From the NCBI GenBank assembly GCA_913056335.1, contig CAJXLX010000002.1:6526-70525 (forward strand): a stretch of DNA of 64,000 nucleotides, in the 5' to 3' direction. The DNA is from an uncultured Rhodothermaceae bacterium. GTDB taxonomy: Bacteria > Bacteroidota > Rhodothermia > Rhodothermales > Salinibacteraceae. How positions within the stretch are numbered: position 1 is the first letter of the stretch; each line of letters starts with the position of its first letter. Position numbers and translations under genes: made by a program. Of the stretch, positions 56,534 to 64,000 are shown piece after piece. The notes under the pieces were generated by a model that saw nothing but the letters and a program-made list of their open reading frames with translations, was not told the origin of the DNA and made no database searches.

Positions 56534-57166
56534 CTATGCGCGATCGCTCCAGGCGGTGGCGGCGGCATCGAGGAGGTAGTACGTGGAGGTGGCGCCGGGG
56601 TCTTGGTGGCCTTTGCTCCGCTCGCCCAGGTAGCTGGCGCGTCCTTTGCGCGCTTCGAGCGGTGTGGTGGCTTCCATGCCCTTTTTTGCGGCATCCGCTG
56701 CTTGCTGGATGGCTTCGGAAAGCGGCGTTCCGTTGTCGGCAGCGGCTTCGAGGGCTTCGACCGCCGGAAGAAGCGCATCGACCATGGTTTTGTCGTTCGG
56801 CTCGGCCTTGCCGCGGCGCTGCACGCCGTCGAGTCCGGCCCGGAAGAGGGCGGCCACCTCGGGCGTACCCAGTTCCTCGTGCTCAGCCGTGGTTTTGCCT
56901 GCATCCATAAAAAGCGTACCGTAGAGCGGGCCGCTGGCCCCGCCGGTTTTAGAGATGAGTGCCATGGCTACGGTGCGCATGGTATCACTCATGCTGGCGT
57001 CGTCATCGATCTGGTCGACGGCGTGTGAAAGGCCGCGGTTCATGTTTTGGCCGTGGTCGCCATCGCCGATGGCCGAGTCGAGCTTGGTAAGGTAGGCGCG
57101 CTCCTCGGCCACGCGGTCGGCAAAGGCGCGAATCCAGGCGTGCAGGTCGGGGGCAGTCAGTGGCAT
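56534..57166 (-). CDS. dhaL: Dihydroxyacetone kinase subunit DhaL
   Basis: LTKLDSAIGDGDHG.NM.RG, GGASGPLYG, DKTMVDAL, KGRASYLGERS.GHQDPGA. Confidence 0.95.
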   Translation of the reverse strand: MPLTAPDLHAWIRAFADRVAEERAYLTKLDSAIGDGDHGQNMNRGLSHAVDQIDDDASMSDTMRTVAMALISKTGGASGPLYGTLFMDAGKTTAEHEELGTPEVAALFRAGLDGVQRRGKAEPNDKTMVDALLPAVEALEAAADNGTPLSEAIQQAADAAKKGMEATTPLEARKGRASYLGERSKGHQDPGATSTYYLLDAAATAWSDRA

Positions 57167-57261
57167 AAGCAGAGAGGGCAAGTTCAGAGAACAACACCGC
57201 AGCGCGCGAGGCGCTGCGGCATGAAGACGTACTGGTATGAAAACGAGCGGCAAGCTGTGCG

Positions 57262-58263
57262 TTATGCGCCCCAGCGCATGCCGGGGGTGTGGACGGGCGC
57301 ATCCCACAAATCCACGATGTCGTCGTCGGCACGCATCATGGTGATGGAGAGGCCGGCCATTTCGAGGCTGGTGATGTACGGTCCTACCAGATTGCGCACT
57401 ACGCGTAGTCCGTGCTGCTCGGCGAGTTCGGCGGCTTTGCGATACGCCAGGTAGACCTCAATGAGCGGCGTGCCCCCCATGCTGTTCACGAAGAGGATCA
57501 CATCGTCGCCCTCCTTAAACGGCAGGTCTTCGACGATGGGCGTCATGAGGCGCTCCACGACCTGATCGGCAGGCTCGACCTCCATGCGCTTGCGTCCGGG
57601 CTCGCCATGAATGCCAATGCCGATCTCCATCTCGTCTTCGCCCAGATCGAACGTGGGCTCGCCTGCAGTAGGCACCGTACACGACGTAAGCGCCATGCCC
57701 ATGCTGCGCACGTTGTCGTTGCAGCGCGCACAAAGCGCTTCCAGATCGTCGAGCGAATAGCCCTTGTCGGCAGCCGCACCACAGATCTTCTCGATGAGCA
57801 CCGTGCCGCCCACGCCGCGGCGCCCGGCGGTATAGGTACTGTCTTCCACGGCCACATCGTCGTCAATGACCACGCTGCGCACATCGATGCCTTCGGATTC
57901 GGCCATTTCCTCGGCCATCTCGAAGTTCATCACATCGCCGGTGTAGTTTTTGACGATGTGGAGCACGCCTGCGCCCGCATCAATGGCCTCGGTGGCGGCT
58001 TGCATCTGATCGGGTGTGGGGCTGGTGAACACCTCACCCGGACAGGCAGCATCGAGCATACCACGGCCTACGAATCCGTTATGCATCGGTTCGTGCCCAC
58101 TGCCGCCGCCAGAGAGCAGGCCGACTTTGCCATCGGGCACGCCATCGGCACGGACGACGTAGGTCGGGTCGAAATGAACGGTAAGGAGATCAGGATGCGC
58201 CGCTGCCATTCCTTGCAGAGATTCGCGAACGACGTCTTCGGGGGTGTTGATGAGCTTTTTCAT
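57262..58263 (-). CDS. dhaK: Dihydroxyacetone kinase subunit DhaK
   Basis: [46 protein letters not shown]. Confidence 0.96.
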   Translation of the reverse strand: MKKLINTPEDVVRESLQGMAAAHPDLLTVHFDPTYVVRADGVPDGKVGLLSGGGSGHEPMHNGFVGRGMLDAACPGEVFTSPTPDQMQAATEAIDAGAGVLHIVKNYTGDVMNFEMAEEMAESEGIDVRSVVIDDDVAVEDSTYTAGRRGVGGTVLIEKICGAAADKGYSLDDLEALCARCNDNVRSMGMALTSCTVPTAGEPTFDLGEDEMEIGIGIHGEPGRKRMEVEPADQVVERLMTPIVEDLPFKEGDDVILFVNSMGGTPLIEVYLAYRKAAELAEQHGLRVVRNLVGPYITSLEMAGLSITMMRADDDIVDLWDAPVHTPGMRWGA

Positions 58264-58409
58264 AGCGTTCGTGTAGATTGTAGAGGGAAAGCAACAGCGG
58301 GAATGTAACCACCAAACCGCCGCCCGCCTGTTAGGGCGGGAGGCGATTCGGGGTGGCAAGGCATACGCTGGACAGGATATGCCGCGCCAAGTGGGTACGG
58401 ATCGGGGCG

Positions 58410-59417
58410 TTAAACGACCCAGCTGGCCGATCCGAAGATACCGGCGAAGTAGAGTACCGCAATGAGCAGCGTGCCGAACGTAATGGCAGCTGCGGGCGGA
58501 TCCACGTGGGTGTCGCCGTGGGCGTAGAAGATGCGCTGGAAGAACTCACCAAAGAGCGCGCAGATGACGCCGAATACGCCCCCAATAATGAGCGCTGTGG
58601 TCGGTCCAACTCCGGCGAAGACCGCATCGCCTGATGCCATAACGGCCAGGGCAGCTGTACCTGCCGGAAGTGTAATATGGTGCGTAACCGGGATTTTTTC
58701 AACGCCCAGGTTCAGGAAGAGTAGCGTGGCGGCACTAATACCGAAGGCGAGAAACGGGCTCTCGGTCTGAATGGCGGTGAACGCGCCTAAGAGTCCGGCA
58801 ACAAGCCCGATGAAGGCCACGCCGCTCCACTTGTACTGGTGAGGAAGCCAGGGCTCGGTCGCCGGGCGGTCGGTCACATCTTTCACATGGTCAGAGACTG
58901 CGCCCGCATCGTCGGGCTTGTTCTCGTCGCGCTCGAAGGGACCCATGTCGAGCACGCCACTGCCGCGCACTTTACCAATAATGCTGTATCCCATGAACGC
59001 ACGGTGCAAGAGTGCAGACACCACAACGGTAATAGCAATGGTATCGAGCGGAAGCGAGGCTGCGACCGCGCCTTGCTGGATAAGCAGGCCCAGAATCCCG
59101 AAGAGCCCACCAACGGCCAACACGTCGACCTTTGTGCCAAAGGCGTAAGTGATGTTTTTGGCTTCGTGGTAGCCGTTTCCGGTATCCATGTAGCCTTTCT
59201 TGGCCGCGTAGGCCGCCGCTGCAGCGCCTCCAGCAAACGAAATGTGTGGGCCGAAGAACGCGCCGAATCCGACCTGTCCAGTCACTCCAGAGAGCCCGCC
59301 GGCCTCTCCAGCGATGACCATGAATCCTGTGAAGATAAATGCAGGCAGTGCACCGATAGCCGCCCCGAAGGCGCCACCGGCAAACGCTGCAATGATGAGG
59401 AAGACGTCGATATCCAT
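58410..59417 (-). CDS. Polytopic membrane protein, candidate non-MIP glycerol/DHA transporter (resembles haloarchaeal glp-operon membrane proteins)
   Basis: About 10 Gly/Ala-rich TM segments; [23 protein letters not shown] motifs; no NPA motifs; sits between glpD/porin and dhaK. Confidence 0.7.
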   Translation of the reverse strand: MDIDVFLIIAAFAGGAFGAAIGALPAFIFTGFMVIAGEAGGLSGVTGQVGFGAFFGPHISFAGGAAAAAYAAKKGYMDTGNGYHEAKNITYAFGTKVDVLAVGGLFGILGLLIQQGAVAASLPLDTIAITVVVSALLHRAFMGYSIIGKVRGSGVLDMGPFERDENKPDDAGAVSDHVKDVTDRPATEPWLPHQYKWSGVAFIGLVAGLLGAFTAIQTESPFLAFGISAATLLFLNLGVEKIPVTHHITLPAGTAALAVMASGDAVFAGVGPTTALIIGGVFGVICALFGEFFQRIFYAHGDTHVDPPAAAITFGTLLIAVLYFAGIFGSASWVV

Positions 59418-59619
59418 AATGGTGTGGGTAGATGGGTGAGTGTGTAGCGCAACGAGGCGCTGCGACGCGTGCCAGCCGCAGCGGAATGGCGTGGGAACGG
59501 TCTTTCTTATGCGCGGCAGCCGTGGAGCGCCGGTTCAGTAGTCTCGCACGAGAGGCTCCCGAAACTACTGCGCTCCACGACGTCCCGCGCACACAGGAAG
59601 GATGCAGCACACTAAGGGC

Positions 59620-60798
59620 TTAGAACGTAATCTGCGCGCCCAAGATGAACGCGTTGTAGTCAGCCTGTGCGTCAGACTGGAAGTCCTGGAACTCCGCCAT
59701 GAGCGTGAGCTGGTCGGTGGCTATGTAGCGCGCAAAGCCCATGAGCAGTTGGTTGGTGTTCTCGGTCAGGGTGCCAAACGGATTGGTGGTCTCGTCGTGG
59801 GCCCCTTCGCCGTAGCTACCGCCGAGCACAAAGCCGCCAAAGTCATAGGTGGCTTCGCCGTACCACTGCGTGCCGTCGGCCTCGGCCTGCTGGAGTCCAC
59901 TTCCGCTATCGAGCCCGAGCCCAATGAGTCCGTCGGAGCCGATGCTCTGCGTCTGCGAGAACGCACCGCGCAGCCCAAAGCCGCCGGCGCTCAAGCTGGC
60001 GCCTACGTCCCAGCCGTTGATGCTGTAGCTGAAGTCTTCGCTAATCACATCCACGTTCTGATAGAGCCCACCGACCCACAGGTCAAGCGAGCCGCCGTCG
60101 AACTCAGCCAGATAGTTGGCCTGGGCCTCAACGCGGGGGGTCGTGGTTTCAATGTCGTTGCTGGCCCCGCCTGGTTTCTCCGGATTGATCAGTCCCAGCT
60201 TCAGCGTAAGGCCGTTCAGGTTGGGTGTGGTGTAGGTGATACGCGGGTTGAAGTTGGCATAGGTGTAGCCCGTGCCAATACGCCCGAGTGTGGCGTCAGC
60301 GGCATCCGGTCCGCCAAAGCGGCCAATGCCCATGGCGCTGCCCTGATCGGCAATCGCGCTGCCGCCAAAGATACCGAAGCCCTTGCCGATGTTGAACGTG
60401 CCAAAGTCGCCCGACACCGCGATGTCAGCGATACGTCCTTCAAACAGGCCATCGTTCTGCACGCTTGCTCCTTGCAGGTGATGGTTAATCTGAAAGGTGG
60501 CCGATACGTTGACGCCGTTTTGTTCGGGGGCGTTAACGGAAAAGGTAATGTTGCCCGGATTGAAGCCCGACTGGATGCGCGTAGCGAACTGATTTTCGCC
60601 ATCTGACCGGGCGCCCTCGTGGCCCGAGGCATTCAAAAACACCGGGATAGCGCCCGCAACGCCGAAGTTCCATCCGTCGTCGGTATCCATGGAAATAGAC
60701 TGTGCCTGCGCATCCGACACGGCGAGCGTTCCGAAGAGCAGGGCTACGCCAAATAGCGCAGCAGTTGCATAGTGCGAGATTGTTTGTATCGGTTTCAT
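59620..60798 (-). CDS. Gram-negative general-porin family protein
   Basis: Signal peptide ending AQA; G.FG...IG; ITYTTP.LNG; amphipathic beta-strands; C-terminal Phe. Confidence 0.8.
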   Translation of the reverse strand: MKPIQTISHYATAALFGVALLFGTLAVSDAQAQSISMDTDDGWNFGVAGAIPVFLNASGHEGARSDGENQFATRIQSGFNPGNITFSVNAPEQNGVNVSATFQINHHLQGASVQNDGLFEGRIADIAVSGDFGTFNIGKGFGIFGGSAIADQGSAMGIGRFGGPDAADATLGRIGTGYTYANFNPRITYTTPNLNGLTLKLGLINPEKPGGASNDIETTTPRVEAQANYLAEFDGGSLDLWVGGLYQNVDVISEDFSYSINGWDVGASLSAGGFGLRGAFSQTQSIGSDGLIGLGLDSGSGLQQAEADGTQWYGEATYDFGGFVLGGSYGEGAHDETTNPFGTLTENTNQLLMGFARYIATDQLTLMAEFQDFQSDAQADYNAFILGAQITF

Positions 60799-60904
60799 CG
60801 CGTATTAGGCTGGATTATGGTACAAAAGCGGAGGTTAAAATCAAGGAGATTAGCAGCGCATGTCTTCGCATCAGCACGCTCTGCCAACCCCCTGAGACTG
60901 GTGA

Positions 60905-62479
60905 TTAGGTAGGCATCTTGTATCCGTTCGCCACTTCGGTGAAGGCTTCGACCTGCTCCTCCTGCCAAGCCTGATCGTGGCCCATCTCGTCGGCCATCAG
61001 TTCGGCCACCTTCGGCGCAATGTCGATGCTGGCTTGCGCGTCGAGCAGAAGCGAGCGGGTACGCCGTGACAAGATGTCCTCAACCGAGCGCGCCATTTCG
61101 TGGCGTACGCCCCATATAACTTGCACGGCCCGCACGGGCAAACGCTCATCGAGCTGCTCGTTGAGCTCGGGGGTTTCGCGGACCAGCCCCTTCAATGCAG
61201 GAGCATCGGATCCATACTTGCTGAAGTCGCCAAACTGCTCGGCATGCTCATGCCATCCGTGGATGTGCAGATCGGCAGTGACCGACGGGCGCTCTTCCAC
61301 ATTCGCCAGCGTAGCGGCCTGGTCGATCGTGTCCTCGGCCATCTGGCGGTAGGTCGTCCACTTCCCGCCCGAGATGGTGACGAGCCCGTTGTTCGAGATG
61401 TGCAGCACATGGTCGCGCGAGATCTCGGAGGTGTCGCCTGAGCCCGGATTCGTAGGATCCGTAACAAGCGGACGAATGCCAGCAAATACAGAGAGTACGT
61501 CGTCTGGTGTTGGGTCTTTGGTCAGGTAGCGACCGGCGTGCTCTACCAGAAAGTCGAGCTCTTTCTGCATCGGCACCGGCTCCATTTCGGGACCGTCGAC
61601 CTCTTCATCGGTCGTGCCCACCACCACGCGATCGTTCCACGGAATGGCAAAGAGCACGCGCCCGTCGTCGGTCTTGGGGATCATGATGGCGGCCTCGCCC
61701 GGCAAGAAGGAGCGGTCGAGCACAATGTGTGTGCCCTGAGCCGGACGCAGCGTATCGCTCACCGTAGGATCGTCCATCTTGCGGATGCTATCCGTAAAGA
61801 TGCCGGTGGCGTTGATCACAGCGCGTGCCTCAATGTTCATGGTGGTGCCGGTTTCCTGGCACTCGGCCACCACGCCATTCACGTAGCCGTCGTCAGCTTT
61901 CAGTAGATCGGTGACCTTCATGTAGTTGAGGGCAGTACCGCCCTGTTCTACGAAGGTCTGCGCCATATTGACGGCCAGGCGCGCATCGTCGAACTGCCCA
62001 TCGTAGTAGATCACGCCGCCCCGCAAGCCTTTCGGCTCAATGGTCGGCAAGTGTTCGAGGGTTTCGTCGAGACTGAGGTGCTTCGAGCGCCCAAAGTTTT
62101 GGCGTCCCGCCAGCATGTCGTACACTTTCATGCCGATGCCGTAGAACGGGCCCTCCCACCAGTCGTAGTTCGGCACGACAAACGCCAGATTGTGCACCAG
62201 ATGGGGCGCATTCTTCTGGAGGCGTCCGCGCTCTTTAAGAGCTTCGAGCACCAAGGAAATGTTGCCCTGTTGCAGGTACCGCACGCCGCCGTGTACCAGC
62301 TTCGTGGAGCGGCTGGAGGTCGCCTTCGCAAAGTCGTGCTGCTCCAGCAAGAGCGTGTCGTACCCACGGGCCGCCGCCTCAATGGCAGTACCCAGCCCGG
62401 TGGCCCCTCCACCAATCACGATAAAGTCCCACGGACCGTCGTGCGCATTTAGCGCTTGTTGTCCAGCGTCACGTTGCAT
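60905..62479 (-). CDS. glpD: FAD-dependent glycerol-3-phosphate dehydrogenase
   Basis: IGGGATG.G, TSSRSTKLVHGGVRYL, DGQFDDARL, FAGIRPL, SRDH, GGKWTTYR.MAE. Confidence 0.96.
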   Translation of the reverse strand: MQRDAGQQALNAHDGPWDFIVIGGGATGLGTAIEAAARGYDTLLLEQHDFAKATSSRSTKLVHGGVRYLQQGNISLVLEALKERGRLQKNAPHLVHNLAFVVPNYDWWEGPFYGIGMKVYDMLAGRQNFGRSKHLSLDETLEHLPTIEPKGLRGGVIYYDGQFDDARLAVNMAQTFVEQGGTALNYMKVTDLLKADDGYVNGVVAECQETGTTMNIEARAVINATGIFTDSIRKMDDPTVSDTLRPAQGTHIVLDRSFLPGEAAIMIPKTDDGRVLFAIPWNDRVVVGTTDEEVDGPEMEPVPMQKELDFLVEHAGRYLTKDPTPDDVLSVFAGIRPLVTDPTNPGSGDTSEISRDHVLHISNNGLVTISGGKWTTYRQMAEDTIDQAATLANVEERPSVTADLHIHGWHEHAEQFGDFSKYGSDAPALKGLVRETPELNEQLDERLPVRAVQVIWGVRHEMARSVEDILSRRTRSLLLDAQASIDIAPKVAELMADEMGHDQAWQEEQVEAFTEVANGYKMPT

Positions 62480-62585
62480 AGGTCAGTGTCGTTAAGCGAA
62501 AAAACGTAGGGTTGACGTGACAGACGAGAAGCCCAGCCGCAGGTTATGGATGCCAGGCCCCTCGTGCCACGTTTTCTATGCCGCG

Positions 62586-64000
62586 TTACGCCTCAACCTT
62601 GGCGGGGCGGGCTGCCGGACCGGTCCATGCTTTGGCACGGTCGAGCGCTTTGCGCCAGCCTTCGCGCAGCTCTTCAACGAGCTCCGGCTCCATCGACGGT
62701 GTGAAGCGGCGGTCTTCTTTCCACTGCTTCTGGATGTCTTCCTGGCTATTCCAGTAGCCTACGGCGAGTCCGGCCAGATAGGCAGCGCCCAGTGCGGTCG
62801 TTTCCGTCACCTCAGGGCGAATAACAGGGACCTGCAAGATATCGGACTGGAACTGGAGCAGCAGGTCGTTGGCGGCGGCTCCACCATCCACGCGCAGTTC
62901 CTTCGTTTCGATGCCCGAGTCGGCCTCCATGGCCTCAATCACATCGACGACTTGATAGGCAATGCCTTCGAGCGAGGCACGGGCGATGTGCCCGTCGGTC
63001 ACGCCGCGCGTGATGCCAGCAATTGTGCCGCGAGCGTACTGGTCCCAGTGTGGGGCCCCAAGTCCAGAAAATGCGGGGACTACGTACACACCGCCGTTGT
63101 CTTCGACGCTACGCGCAAGCGCTTCTACCTCGGCCGAAGAGTCGATGATGCCGAGTCCGTCGCGCAGCCACTGCACCACAGCGCCCGCAATGAAGATGCT
63201 GCCTTCAAGCGCGTAGGTGACCTCGCCATCGATATCGGCAGCGATCGTAGTAAGCAGGCGGTTTTCGGAATGAACCGCTTCGGTCCCGGTATGCTGAAGC
63301 AGGAAAGCGCCGGTGCCATACGTGTTTTTGCTCATGCCGCTCTTGGTACACATCTGTCCAAAGAGCGCGGCCTGCTGGTCGCCGGCAATGCCTGCGATGG
63401 GAATATCGCCGGTAAGCACGCCGTTGTGGACATGGCCGTAGACTTCGCTACAGGAGCGTACCTCGGGCAGCATGCTATGCGGCACGTCGAGAATGTCGAG
63501 CAGTTCGTCGTCCCACTCGTTCTCGCGGATATTGTAGAGTAGGGTACGACTGGCGTTGGTGGCATCCGTGATGTGCTGACCGCCGCGCGTGAGCTTCCAC
63601 ACGAGCCAGCTGTCAATCGTGCCAAAGGCGAGATGCCCCGCTTCTGCTTTTTCGCGGGCTCCTTCTACGTTGTCAAGAATCCACTTGACCTTTGTGCCCG
63701 AGAAGTAGGCATCGATGATAAGCCCTGTCTTTTCCTGGAAGAGATCAATGCCGACCTCGTCTTTTAACGTGTCGCACATCTCGGACGTGCGGCGGTCTTG
63801 CCAGACAATGGCGTTGTAGACCGGCTCGCCCGTACGGCGATCCCACACTACCGTGGTCTCGCGCTGATTGGTGATACCGATGGCTTCAATGTCATCGGAT
63901 GAGATACCCGTGCGGCTGAGCACCTCCGCGGCTACGCCCACCTGCGACGACCAGATCTCGCTGGGGTCGTGCTCTACCCACCCGGGTTTCGGGAAGATCT
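62586..64000 (-). CDS. glpK: Glycerol kinase (5' end lies beyond the window)
   Basis: PGWVEHDP at the window edge, [52 protein letters not shown]. Confidence 0.97.
   Translation of the reverse strand, partial: IFPKPGWVEHDPSEIWSSQVGVAAEVLSRTGISSDDIEAIGITNQRETTVVWDRRTGEPVYNAIVWQDRRTSEMCDTLKDEVGIDLFQEKTGLIIDAYFSGTKVKWILDNVEGAREKAEAGHLAFGTIDSWLVWKLTRGGQHITDATNASRTLLYNIRENEWDDELLDILDVPHSMLPEVRSCSEVYGHVHNGVLTGDIPIAGIAGDQQAALFGQMCTKSGMSKNTYGTGAFLLQHTGTEAVHSENRLLTTIAADIDGEVTYALEGSIFIAGAVVQWLRDGLGIIDSSAEVEALARSVEDNGGVYVVPAFSGLGAPHWDQYARGTIAGITRGVTDGHIARASLEGIAYQVVDVIEAMEADSGIETKELRVDGGAAANDLLLQFQSDILQVPVIRPEVTETTALGAAYLAGLAVGYWNSQEDIQKQWKEDRRFTPSMEPELVEELREGWRKALDRAKAWTGPAARPAKVEA

Noticed and set aside
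1-64000. tRNA, rRNA, integrase, transposase or cas genes
   Set aside because: None recognised by eye; a covariance-model or HMM scan was not possible.

Overview
GC-rich chromosomal window. The acidic proteins, SusC/SusD pair, T9SS cargo protein and PorV, Bat (vWA) genes and haloarchaeal-like genes point to a halophilic Rhodothermota bacterium (Salinibacter/Salisaeta/Longimonas-like; inference). Housekeeping genes: moaC, hflX, fused Kgd-type 2-oxoglutarate dehydrogenase, cobB, nrdB-nrdA, a Fe3+ ABC transporter and recG. Notable loci: (1) a broken lipoprotein polymorphic-toxin-like gene (9519-~11257, minus strand; one in-frame TGA and one 1-bp frameshift) with an AT-richer PD-(D/E)xK-like C-terminal tip, followed by a DUF1877-like candidate immunity gene; (2) a patch with a T9SS protein and a single-chain type IIG-like restriction-modification enzyme, flanked by 3' gene remnants; (3) a compact cobalamin riboswitch with a visible L5-L13 kissing loop upstream of a class Id-signature ribonucleotide reductase; (4) a Bat operon with cobB, a SpoIIAA-like gene and a Lys-to-Met nitrilase interleaved; (5) a mosaic glycerol/dihydroxyacetone operon (glpK-glpD-porin-non-MIP transporter-dhaK-dhaL-EIIA/HPr/EI fusion) that runs off the right end. 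Several REP-like palindromes are present. No rRNA, tRNA, CRISPR array or intact transposase was seen. All family assignments are from motif recognition by eye; no database searches were run.
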